Notes: a model not told the origin generated them from the sequence alone. Counted from the first letter of the stretch, positions 21,069 to 32,091 are shown. The stretch: DNA of 45,108 nucleotides from Blastocystis sp. subtype 4 (GCF_000743755.1 NW_014569543.1:62001-107108), one strand, 5' to 3'. Numbers and translations: made by a program.

Positions 21069-24000
21069 ATGGAAGTTGAAGATATTTTCCAAGATGATGA
21101 CAATCTAATGGAAGAAGAGGATAATGATGAGATTACTGAGGTTTGGGGTTCATAAAGCTTTTGAATCCTAGGATGATACTTGGACAGTCATTAATTCCTT
21201 TTTCCTTGAGAGAGGATTGGTCAGTCAGCAACTGGATTCCTTCAACACGTTTATGGGCAGAACCATCCATGAACAGATTGCAGATCAATCCAACCGAGGT
21301 ATTGAGGTTGAATCAAAAGCTCAGGTATATTACAATTTGAATAGGGTTAGTGGTTAGTATAGAACAGCCGATGACAATGATAACGAGAAGCTTAAAGTGT
21401 CAGTTACGATCGGCAATATCCGAGCATCCCGTCCAACTGTCACCACAACGGCTTCAGACCAAGTGAGTACATTATGGCCCCGTGAAGCTCGTCTTCGAAA
21501 TTTAACATATGCAGCATCTATATTCGTTGAAATGACACAGACTACAGAAAGATCCACCCGTGATGGATCTGAGGAACCTCAAAAGACATCCAAGACGATG
21601 AACTACCGTCTCTGCATGGTTAGGTTGTAACAGTGGTATTATTCGTAGATTCCTGCAATGTTGCGTTCTAGTGCTTGTAATCTTTATAAAATGGGTCCTG
21701 AGCGTCTGGCGGAGATTGGAGAGTGTATTTACGATCAGGGAGGATACTTCATCATCAATGGAGGTGAGAAGGCGATTATCGCACAAGAACGCCAAACCAC
21801 GAACAAAGTGTACGTATTCGAACGCAAGCAGCCATCGAAGTTCAGTTGGACTGCAGAAATCCGAAGCAATCCTGAGGGATCCAATATTCCTGCTCAGACA
21901 CTGAAACTTGGTATGTTTGCTCGTCCTAGCAAGACGCAGAGACAGACAAAGTACTGTATCTGGGCTTATCTACCACAATTGGGCGATGGTGTACCAATTT
22001 GTGTTTTATTCCGCGCTCTCGGGTGTGTCGATGACCGTTCGATTTTAGAGCGTATTTGTTACGTACGAATGCTGTCATTCTTTAACCTAGAATTTCGAAG
22101 ATGTTGAGATGATGGAACGATTCCGTCCAAGTCTCGTAGAATCTGCTGAGATTCACACTCAGGATGTAGGGTTCGATCATACTTACTTAGTTGTAGGAGG
22201 CTCTTGACTACATTGCATTGCGTTGTTCTGCAATGACAGGTGATGATGGAACTCACAAGAAGGCAGATCGAATTGACTATGCGAAACGACTATTACAGAA
22301 GAACTTTTTGCCCCATATCGGCTTGGAGATGGGTGCAAACAGTGCTATCAAGAAATCGTTCTACTTGGGATACATGGTTCACAAGCTGCTCAGTTGTTCT
22401 CTGAGTAGAAATGAACAGGAAGATCGAGATCACATTAGTAATAAGCGAATGGATTTGGCTGGTCCTATGATTGGAAGATTGTTCCATGGACTGTTGTATC
22501 GGTTCACTAAAGTGGATAATTCTGGAATTCCATAATTCATAGGAATTAATGGCATATATGAAGAAAGTGGTTGACAATAAGAAGGGAAGCGGATTTGTGA
22601 ATCTAGCAACAGGAGCGAAAGTAATTACCCTATTTTCTGGAATTCCAATTAGAGTACCATTATCACCAGTGGTCTTCAGTACTCCTTTGCTACAGGTAAT
22701 TGGGGTGATCGCTCCCGTGGTCTCCCTACTTCAACAGGTGTGTCTCAAACCCTGAATCGGTTGACATATTCATCGTCTCTGAGTAATCTGCGTCGATTGA
22801 AGTCGCCAATTGATACTGGAAGCAAAGTGACGAAGCCACGTCTGTTACATAGTACGCAGTGGGGTATGATGTGTCCTGCCGAGACACCCGAAGGTCAGTC
22901 CTGTGGTATTGTCAAGAATCTGGCTCTGATGAGTTACATCTCTGTTGGAAAGCCAGTAGAGGCAGTGAATGGGGATGAGAATTAGTTGACTGATATATAC
23001 GGAATCCTGGAGAATAATGGAGTGGAAGAATTAGAAGCTATTGCTCCATCACTAATCCCAAAGACAACTAAGGTGTTTGTTAATGGAGTGTGGATTGGGA
23101 TTCATCGTGATCCGACAAGTATCCTGGCTCGACGTGAAGACTTTGATACAGATGTCTCATTAGTTTATGACATCCAAGAGAAGGAATTACGAATGTAGAG
23201 ATGAGGAGAGAGTGTGATTCATAGTACTGCAGACGCAGGGCGTTGTTGTCGACCCTTGTATGTAGTGGATCAGAAAGCACAACGACTGGTAATTAGGAGA
23301 GCTCATGTCGAAGCTTTGCGACAAGGATGTACTTTTAGTGACCTTGTGGAGAATCGATTGATTGAATATGTGTCTGCTGAAGAAGAGGAATATTGTATGA
23401 TTGGAATGGATTTAAAGACGATGAAGGCATCAATTGCAGATCACAGTTGTACGACATATACTCATTGTGAGATTCATCCTGCTATGATCCTAGGTGTTTG
23501 TGCTTCAATCATTCCATTCCCCGATCATAACCAATCTCCTCGTAATACTTATCAGTCTGCTATGGGAAAACAAGCCATGGGTGTATATGTGAGTAACTTC
23601 CGTCAACGAATGGATACGACAGCTCATGTTCTCTCGTATCCTCAACGACCTCTTGTGACTACCAAAGCAATGACGTATCTGAAGTTCAAAGAGCTCCCTG
23701 CTGGATGTAATGTGGTGGTAGCAATCTGTTGCTATTCAGGCTATAACCAAGAAGATTCACTGATTGTGAATCGTTCAGCTATCGAGCGAGGACTGTTCCG
23801 TTCAATCTTCTATCGATCTTACATGGATACAGAGGTGAGACAGGATACTTCGGTGTCTCGAATAAGTACAGAAGATTTGAGTCTGGGTAACGAGCGATTC
23901 TGTAAACCTCTGGCTGAGAAGTGTAATGTGGGGAAAGAGTCCAGACTATACGAACACCTGGATGAAGATGGCTTGGCTATGCCTGTAGGTGAATGAGAGA

Positions 24001-25075
24001 GTGATGAGATCATAGGGCTGTTCTGTGACTGGAGATAGTATTCTGATTGGTAAGGTAACCCCTACAGGAGAAGTGAATGTCCGAGGAAAGAGCAGTCTGA
24101 AGGATAGTTCAACAGGATTACGACATGCAGAACGAGGCACAGTAGACGAAGTCATGCTGACTACAAGCAACAAGGGATATCGTTTTGTTAAAGTCAAAGT
24201 TCGATCAGAACGAACTCCTCAGATTGGTGATAAATTGTCATCTCGCCATGGACAAAAGGGAACCATTGGAATGACTTATCGTCAGGAAGACATGCCTTTC
24301 ACTTGTGAAGGAATTGTTCCTGATGTAATTATGAATCCTCATGCTATTCCTTCTCGTATGACAATTGGACAATTGATTGAGTGTTTGTTGGGGAAGTGTG
24401 CTGCATTGGAAGCTAGAGAAGGTGATGGTACAGCCTTCAGTGATGTGACAGTTGAAGACATATCAAACAAACTGCATCATGAAGGCTATCAAAAGCGAGG
24501 ATATGAAGTATTGTACAATGGACATACTGGTCGGCGCTTAGAGTCACGTGTCTTTATGGGACCTACCTTCTATCAACGACTGAAGCATCTTGTTGATGAT
24601 AAGATTCATGCCCGTGCGCGTGGAATGAATTCATTGTTAGTATATCCTTGATCCTTTGATCTTTAAATTCCTTCACAGTACTCGTCAGCCAATGGAAGGT
24701 CGATCACGTGATGGAGGTCTGCGTATGGGAGAAATGGAGCGTGATGTGTTGATTGCTTATGGTGCTTCTCAACTTGTAAGAGAACGGTTCTTCTATTCAT
24801 CGGATGCGTATATTGTTGCTGTTTGTGATATTTGTGGGTTAATTTGCATTGCCAAAGATAATACCTATTATTGCAAACATTGTAATAATACAACAAAGGT
24901 TCTTGTGAGGGAAGGATATAATTTGTAGATCTCTCGTGTGGAAATACCATATGCTTGTAAGCTGTTGTTCCAGGAATTGCTCAGCATGAACATTGCACCA
25001 CGTATTCGCACTGGAGGTTCTGATGGAGATGGAAAGGATCGTTTTGGCCATGATGTGTGGGCGAAATCATATTGA
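21069..25075 (+). CDS. RPB2: DNA-directed RNA polymerase II second-largest subunit
   Basis: [91 protein letters not shown]. About 11 micro-introns. Confidence 0.97.
24642..24681 (+). other. Putative U12-type AT-AC intron (40 nt) in RPB2
   Basis: 5' ATATCCTT, branch-like TTCCTTCAC at 24668-24676, 3' AC. Removal restores the frame and the conserved spacing RARG-x6-RQP. Confidence 0.75.
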
Positions 25076-25077
25076 AG

Positions 25078-25085
25078 TGTTTGTT
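25078..25085 (+). terminator. TGTTTGTT polyadenylation motif (RPB2)
   Basis: Starts 5 nt after the T of TGA 25073. Confidence 0.8.
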
Positions 25086-25137
25086 GTAAATAAACCGGCG
25101 TTTCGGATTAAAGAGGTTCTAATACTTTCTTTTGAGT

Positions 25138-27022
25138 ATGCTTGGAGTGTGTAGGCGAATGTATTCTAAACTTGCCTCCCTGAAGATCCCTCAGATTTCT
25201 CAGCGAATGACGTTGAATTATCTTCCTGTTATGGAGTCAGGTAGATTCTCGTTTCTCTACTGAGTACTAGCGACGGAAAATGCTCCTGTGACTGTAAAGT
25301 TTGTGACAAACGAGTATCTTACCATTTTGAAGGCTTCGACGCTGAATATTGTATTCTGTTCCTGTAGAAGAGATCACTGTTAGTGTCCTATGATTTCCAT
25401 GCAGTTGGAAAACTTGAAACTATCTCCCAGAAGCAATTGTACGATGGTGATTCCCGAGTATTGAGTAGTTGTTACTATTTGATGTAGTCAATCAATGTGG
25501 AATGATAATCTTGGATCTGTGTATCGTAATCGTCTTCTTCTCGTTTCTTTGGGAAAAGAAAAGGAAGTGACAATGAATGTATGTACATCTGGTAATAGCA
25601 ATCTGTAGACAATCCGAAAGTGTGTTAACACTGCCACAACTTCCCTTCAAGGAATGGATCAGACAAAGGCTGTAATGGAGATCCCGACACTACCTCATCT
25701 TGCTATGGATGAAGTAGCTATGACTATGGCCGATGTAATAGTATCAAGGAGTATTGAGTATAGATTGTTGTGTGTTCCAACCATCTCATTCACGATGGGA
25801 AGTACTTCACAACCAAAGATAAGCAGAAAACATTGTTGAAAGAAGTGACATTTGTTCCTGACAAGGTGGCAGAAGCAGAAGACAATGCCAAAATCGAGCA
25901 ATCGATTAAGTATGGAGCACTTCTTGGTGAAGGTTGAGGTTACATAATTTGATGATGTGTAGGTACTGTGAATGCTCGATGTTGGGCGAATGAGCAAGCT
26001 AGTGAGATGAATCCTCGCACATTAGAGTTGCTGTGTCGTCAGATTTGTGATCGTGATAATGTTGAAATCTCCGTGCTTCAAGCCCCAGATCTGCATAAAG
26101 AGTCTCTCAATATGATTGAAGCTGTTGGTCAGGGTTCAATTTATCCTCCTCGTCTAATTCTAATGACATATGTGTAAGAAGATAAATGATGGGAGTTACT
26201 CAGAGGTGACAACACAAAACCCCAATTTACGGCTCTTGTTGGAAAGGCAGTCTGTTTTGATTCTGGTGGTATGAATTTGAAGCCTACTGGACACATTGAA
26301 GACATGCATCTTGATAAAGGTGGGGCTGTTGCTGTGTTGAGTACAATCGATACTCTGGCTAAGATGAATGCTCCTGTCAATGTGGTAGGTGTAATTCCCG
26401 CGGTTGAAAACATGATTGACAATCAATCTTATAAGCCAGGTTCGATCTTAAAATCATATGATGTGATTACAGTGAGTGTTAATGATATTTAGAACAAGTA
26501 TGTGGAAGTGTGTAATACAGATGCTGAAGGTCGATTGATCCTTGCTGATGCAATGGCATATGTACAGAAGAAATACGAATTGGAGAGTATGGTTGATATA
26601 GCTACGCTGACAGGAGCAATTTGTGTGGCTCTGGGTGAATATTCGGCTGGTCTCTTCAGTAACAATGAGGAGATGGTGAAGAGTCTGATTGAGTCAGGAA
26701 AGAATGTTCAGGAGCGGTGCTGGTACATGCCAATTGAAGAAGAACATGAAGAGGAGATTAAAAATTGTCGTGTGGCTGATATTCGGAGTATGGGTCAAGG
26801 ACGAGATGGTGGTGCGTGTACTGGTAAGCGATTGATTAGGATGAATGATGAATAGCTGCTGCCTTCCTGAAACAGTTCGTCGTAGACAATCTACCTTGGG
26901 CTCATTTGGATATCGCGGGTACAGGAATGGCAACAAAGACAATGGATTGGATTCCTCAAGGTGGTACTGGATTTGGAGTTCAACTTCTTGTGGATTGGTT
27001 ACTAAAGAAATATATGAATTAA
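25138..27022 (+). CDS. M17 leucyl aminopeptidase with presequence-like N-terminus
   Basis: VGKAVCFDSGGMNLKP, NTDAEGRLILADA, DIATLTGA, WAHLDIAGT, TGFGV; N-terminus MLGVCRRMYSKL. Confidence 0.92.
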
Positions 27023-27024
27023 CC

Positions 27025-27032
27025 TGTTTGTA
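27025..27032 (+). terminator. TGTTTGTA variant polyadenylation motif (leucyl aminopeptidase)
   Basis: Starts 5 nt after the T of TAA 27020. Confidence 0.65.
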
Positions 27033-27046
27033 AACAAAGCAAGATA

Positions 27047-30000
27047 CTAATGAGTTGTTGGATTTGTTGGATCCAATAGAGGTGTCATAACAGAGTTAGG
27101 AGGTTCTTCCTTCCTACGCAAAGAACAACATTTCCAGAATGATCTCTTTGGTTTTGTTTCTTCTGGATTTACCTTTGCTGGTTCTTCTTTTGGGATTTCA
27201 GGAAGTGCTTCTTTTGATGTCTCTTCGACTATCTGCGTTTGCTCGTTTGAAATAAGTGATTCTTCTTTCTCTCCTTGTTTCTCCTCATTAGCGAAGAGAG
27301 TTGGATCCTGTTCTGGTTGCTCTGGTAACACTAGTCCCGTAGCAGGAACATCAGGAACTTCCATCGGTTTGATCTCAGTCACCTTATCAGGAAAATCGAA
27401 TTGAGTATCAGCAATTCCTATTTCACTCTTGAGCTCTTCATTAACTGCTTCGAGGGTATCATCGCCTGAAGTCATTACAGGCAGCATTTCCTCCAGAGGC
27501 TTCACCTCTTCAATAGATTTTACCTCTTCAACAGGTTCCACCTCTTCAATAGATTTTACCTCTTCAACAGGTTCCACCTCTTCAATGGATTTCACCTCTT
27601 CAGTAGGTTCTACCTCTTCACAATAGGTTTCACATCCTCTTTAGGTTTCACCTCTTCAATGGATTTCACCTCTTCAACAGGTTCCACCTCTTCAATAGAT
27701 TTTACCTCTTCAACAGGTTCCACCTCTTCAATGGATTTCACCTCTTCAGTAGGTTCTACCTCTTCACAATGGGTTTCGCCTCCTCTTCAGGCTTCACCTC
27801 TTCAGCAGACTTTTCCTCGACAAGGTTCTCTTCCTCAATGGATTTCTCCTCTTCCTGCTGAAGCTTCTCTTCAACTGGGTTTACTTCTTCAGGTTTCACC
27901 TCTTCAACAGGCTTCTCATCTGGCTTCTCTTCAACAGGTTTCGCCTCCTCTTCAGGCTTCATTTCAACAGGCTTTTCTTCCTCAATAGGCTTCTCCTCTT
28001 CAATAGGCTTCGTTTCTTCATACTTCACCTCCTCCATAACCTTTTCCTCAGGTTTCTCCTCCTCAGACTTCTCTGCTTTAACCGGTTTCACCTCTTCAAC
28101 CAGCTTTTCCTCGATTGGTTTCTCTTCAACAACAGGCTTTTCCTCCTCAGTAGGCTTCTCTTCCTCAGCAGGTTTTTCTTCTTTGATGGGTTTCACCATA
28201 TTGACAGATTTCTCCTCAACAGGCTTCTCTTCAGTTGGCTTCACCTCGTTGATAGGTTTCTCTTCCTCAGTAGGCTTCACCTCTCTAACAATCTTCTCTT
28301 CTTCCACAGGTTCCTCCTTCTTGGCCGGCTTCTCTCTCCGCTCGCGCTGTTTCCGTTCTCGTTTGGGCTTCGGATTGGTTGGTACATAGCTCTCACCAGA
28401 CTTCTCTACAGATTTGGGCTTCTCAACAGGAGTTGGCTTCCTATTCTCAGTTCTCCTTTCATTCTTCTTCTCCACAGGTCTTTCCACTGGTTTCTCTACA
28501 GGTTTCTCTGCTGCCTTCTCCACAGGCTTCTCACTCTTCTTCCCAGATCTCTCTGTTTTCTTCTCGCCTCTCTTTTCCGACTTCTCAGGCTTCTCTGTTA
28601 CCTTTTCCACAGTCTTCTTCTTCTCGTTAGCCTTAGTTGCTTGCTGAGTCTTTTCAACATTGGTCTTCTTCCCTGCAGGAGTCGAATTTTCCTCCTTCAA
28701 ATCCTCAATGCGAATACCACAACTCCTCATTCTATTTACAACCAACAGAGAATTATCATCCTTAGAACAATTCGAGCAGAACAATAGAAGTTGATCGATT
28801 CTTGGCAACAGAGAGCTCACCGTAGCATCCGTCATCTCTTCTGCATCCATTGCAATCACAACATGTTGATCCAGTGTCTCAAGGAGCGAGAAATACTCAC
28901 TCGAAACTGCACTGAATGGAGTTGATTTGAGATAGGTCGTGAGGGCATGAACCTTCCTTACATCCTGCTGGAAACGATTTTGAGTGGTATCACGATGATT
29001 AGCATTCGAAAGAACATGAATATTGAATGGGGCAACATTCCCATGCATACGGAAATAAGGCTGTGGAGCTAAACGACCACAGTATACTTTGGATACCTCT
29101 CGATCAATATCTCTGGACAAGTTGTTTACAATCAAAGTAACCAGATCCAGCACTGTGTCATTCATACCCACAAATATAACAGGTCTGTTCCTCATTCTGT
29201 TGATACAGATTGCAGTAAGAGCTACCAATTCTATACTTCACAAAAATGAAAGAAATAGTACCTGCTTCTCGTTTTCCATTTTCACCACATTCCAAAATAC
29301 TACACTGTGTTTTGATACATCGATCCAGTGTCTGAATCTCTTTCTCTGTTGGGAATACACGATCGTAACAATCCAACTTCACATTCCTGAAAAGTCCATT
29401 TGAACTTCGACCTGTAATATAACCAAGTAGCATGGAATTGATATCTGTCTTTTGCAAGAGACGTCCACAGGCTACAAGAGGTGTAATCGTTGGCCACGAA
29501 AGAGAGAAAGGAGTCAATGTGCATTCTTGTATCTTTATAAACGTTGAACTACTCGTATTGAGGACCGTAAATATCACATGATTCACCTCAGTCGCCACAA
29601 CTACAGCATCAAAGTCCTGAGGGAAGTCATTCACCGTAACACGAAGAGAATAACAGGATCCTACAGAATATGTCTTTACTTGAGTCTCCGGTACGGTTAT
29701 CATGAAACAACAACAATACTCCGAGGAACCATAGAAACGACCCTTTAATGTAATCCCAATACATGGTTCAGAACTTAAGTTCTTCTTCAGCTGATGCAAA
29801 TAACTGGCATTCAAAGCCAAGGGGTAATCTGAGTTCTTTGGTCTCTCACAACTATATTCATTGGGGACAGAGTCCATATGAGTAACAAGAGACTTTGAAA
29901 AGATAAGAGGAAACCAACTCGAATAGGCATTTCGCCAATCGGTAAAATCCTTAAATACGGACTTCTTCTCAAGACAGTCAATACATAGATAATCCTGGAG

Positions 30001-30210
30001 ATTGAAACAATAACCCAAAATCATAACATTTGGGTTTTGACAATGAAGACAGCAAACACGCTTATATGTTCCCTTCTGCGAACTTTCCACATCATATTCA
30101 ACATGATTCTTCAATAATACGTGAAGGAGGATGGAGTTGTCTCCATCAGAATTGCTTCTTACAAGTGTCGAGCAAATTTTGCATTTGAAATCTTGACAAA
30201 AGAGAGACAT
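27047..30210 (-). CDS. Degenerate UPF1-like protein (CH zinc-binding domain, 1B-like barrel, decayed RecA1) with long E/K/P repeat tail
   Basis: HVLLKNH...CLHCQNPNVMILGY...LCIDC...WFPLI resembles the UPF1 CH domain. A 31-nt intron 29231-29261 joins ORF 29158-30210 to ORF 27756-29228. Continuation to 27047 needs two frameshifts or introns. Confidence 0.6.
27495..28630 (-). repeat. Coding E/K/P/V-rich repeats (EEVKPVEE, EEKPIEE), including a ~146-nt near-duplication
   Basis: 18-nt units CACCTCTTCAA.... on the + strand; the same TACCTCTTCACAAT junction occurs at 27611 and 27757. Confidence 0.9.
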
Positions 30211-30372
30211 TCTCCAGGTTTATTATGGCTCTAACGCTGAAATTGCGTTCATTCATAGATGTCTTATCGATCAATTGATTGGTGAAGAGATCTGGTGCCC
30301 CCAATCAACAAAGAGACGTCTAAACAAGCGGTATAACTATTCAATCTTCCATCTATTCTCTATTCTTAATAA

Positions 30373-30387
30373 AACAAACAACAAACA
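30373..30387 (-). terminator. Tandem TGTTTGTT motifs downstream of FEX
   Basis: + strand AACAAACAACAAACA. Confidence 0.7.
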
Positions 30388-30457
30388 ATTGGAAAGAAGC
30401 ACCTCAGAACATCGATGTATCAGCCATTTCGATTGTTGGATAGCTTCCTAAATGACG

Positions 30458-31507
30458 TTATTGATAGATCTGGAGGTTGAGTGCGAAAATCAAGCAACAA
30501 AAACCAAAACTCACCAACACACTTGACCATGAATACACAACAAACCATTTGTAGTTTTTCTTTAACCCAGTTGTTTCCTTTGCATAAGTACTCATGGTTG
30601 TCAATGCTGATGCCAAACCAACAGATTGCGCTGAAATAAGCGATTCAATAACAAAGGAAAAGGATTCACTACGAGATGCCTTCCACTTCAATACCATCAT
30701 CACAACAGAAGCCACGATCGATCCAATAACATTACAAACAAAGGTACCAATGAAGAACCGGTTACTGTAAGGGTTCAGATAATTGGAAATAAAGAATCGC
30801 AGTAAAGCCCCAAGACAGGTGAAGACAAAACCAAACAAGTAGTAACTCGTCTTTTCATAGAATGGAATTAGTACAATATAGCAAATAATCTCCAAACCTA
30901 ATAGAGTACTGAAAATAAGGAACAGAATAGGATAGTGAGGGGTGTCTAATTCTGTTATTTGGAGCGTGCGTTGAAACTTCTGCATAGACGTGTACAGTTG
31001 ATACCCATTCTACCTGTGATTCAGTTTAACAAGAATCACATCAAAGGCGTCGCGTGCGACTCCGGTTCCAACCACAATAAATGCTATAGATATGGCACAT
31101 ACAAAAAATGATGCTTGTTTTGCCTATATTTAATCCTTAGATTGAATCCTTACACCTAATACAAATTGATACGATGCCAATGTGATTAATGTTCCAAACG
31201 TGGAAGCACAACCACAGAAACCCGTCGATAAACCCTTCAACAGAGAACTATTGCAAGGAGTTGACCGAATAGTACTCAAAATACCAAGAATAAAACTATA
31301 TTCTGATAACACAACACACCCTGCCTTGCTATTACATTGATAATGAAAACAGCAAACAATTGACCATAGATACCATCTGTTTGGAATACATAAATCATTA
31401 ATAATCGACAGAGGAAGCCTAGAGGAGAAAACACTAGCACACTATAATTCAACTTAAATAAGTACATCCTACCTCTCCACATCTAGAATTGCTTCCTCAA
31501 CTCCCAT
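30458..31507 (-). CDS. FEX: Fluoride export protein FEX (two CrcB/Fluc domains)
   Basis: LGFLCR...NVIASFILG...GFCGCASTF (domain 1); LGALLRF...GTFVCNVIGS...ALTTMST (domain 2). Confidence 0.85.
31296..31324 (-). other. Probable GC-AG intron (29 nt) in FEX
   Basis: AG|GCAGGG...AATATAG|T restores NVIASFILG. No GT donor of normal length gives the frame. Confidence 0.6.
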
Positions 31508-31599
31508 TTGTGAGATTCAGAAAACAAAATGCAAGTACTTGAAAGTGTTAATAATAAACACAATCACAGATACAAACAGAAAAGAGAAAGAGCGCGATA

Positions 31600-32091
31600 T
31601 TAGATGAAAAATTGTTTTCCATTCGAAATGAATTCACTGTCATAGCGCAAAGCTTGTTCATTGTTGTGGACAGGTCCGTGATTCTACAAATAAAGAAGAC
31701 TCAGTACACATGACCGAAGCACTATTGTAATAGTAGATTGCGCGGCCAAGGATCGATGACATAGGGATAGGACCAAAAACCCTGCTATCGATACCTCCAT
31801 GGAGTGTTTCGGAAGCTACCCAGACTACAGAGTTCTTTTTGGTAGTTCCCACTTGTGAGACATATCTAACACGACGAACTAACAGTTTTCCAGTTTCCCA
31901 AGGATGTTCACAAACAACTAAATCTCCGGGGAAAATTGTAGCGGCAGATGGATTTGGGATGTTTCTAGCAAGCAACTAGATCATCAAAGCCTTCTAGAAC
32001 TCCATACTCGAGTATCAGAAAACCCTCGATAAAGCGAAGGAAAGGCATGAGTATTGTTAAGTTTGAGAATAGTGGGTCTTAACCACTTCAT
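31600..32091 (-). CDS. Peptidase S26 / mitochondrial IMP1-like protein, probably inactive
   Basis: MKWLRPTILK...HAFPSL...LLARNIP...GDLVV...LLVRRV...DSRVFGPIP...GRAIY...NHGPVHN; two GT-AG introns. Confidence 0.75.

Noticed and set aside
27495..27770. Regular 18/36-nt direct repeats resembling a CRISPR array
   Set aside because: No unique spacers, codon-phased, no cas genes, eukaryotic context.
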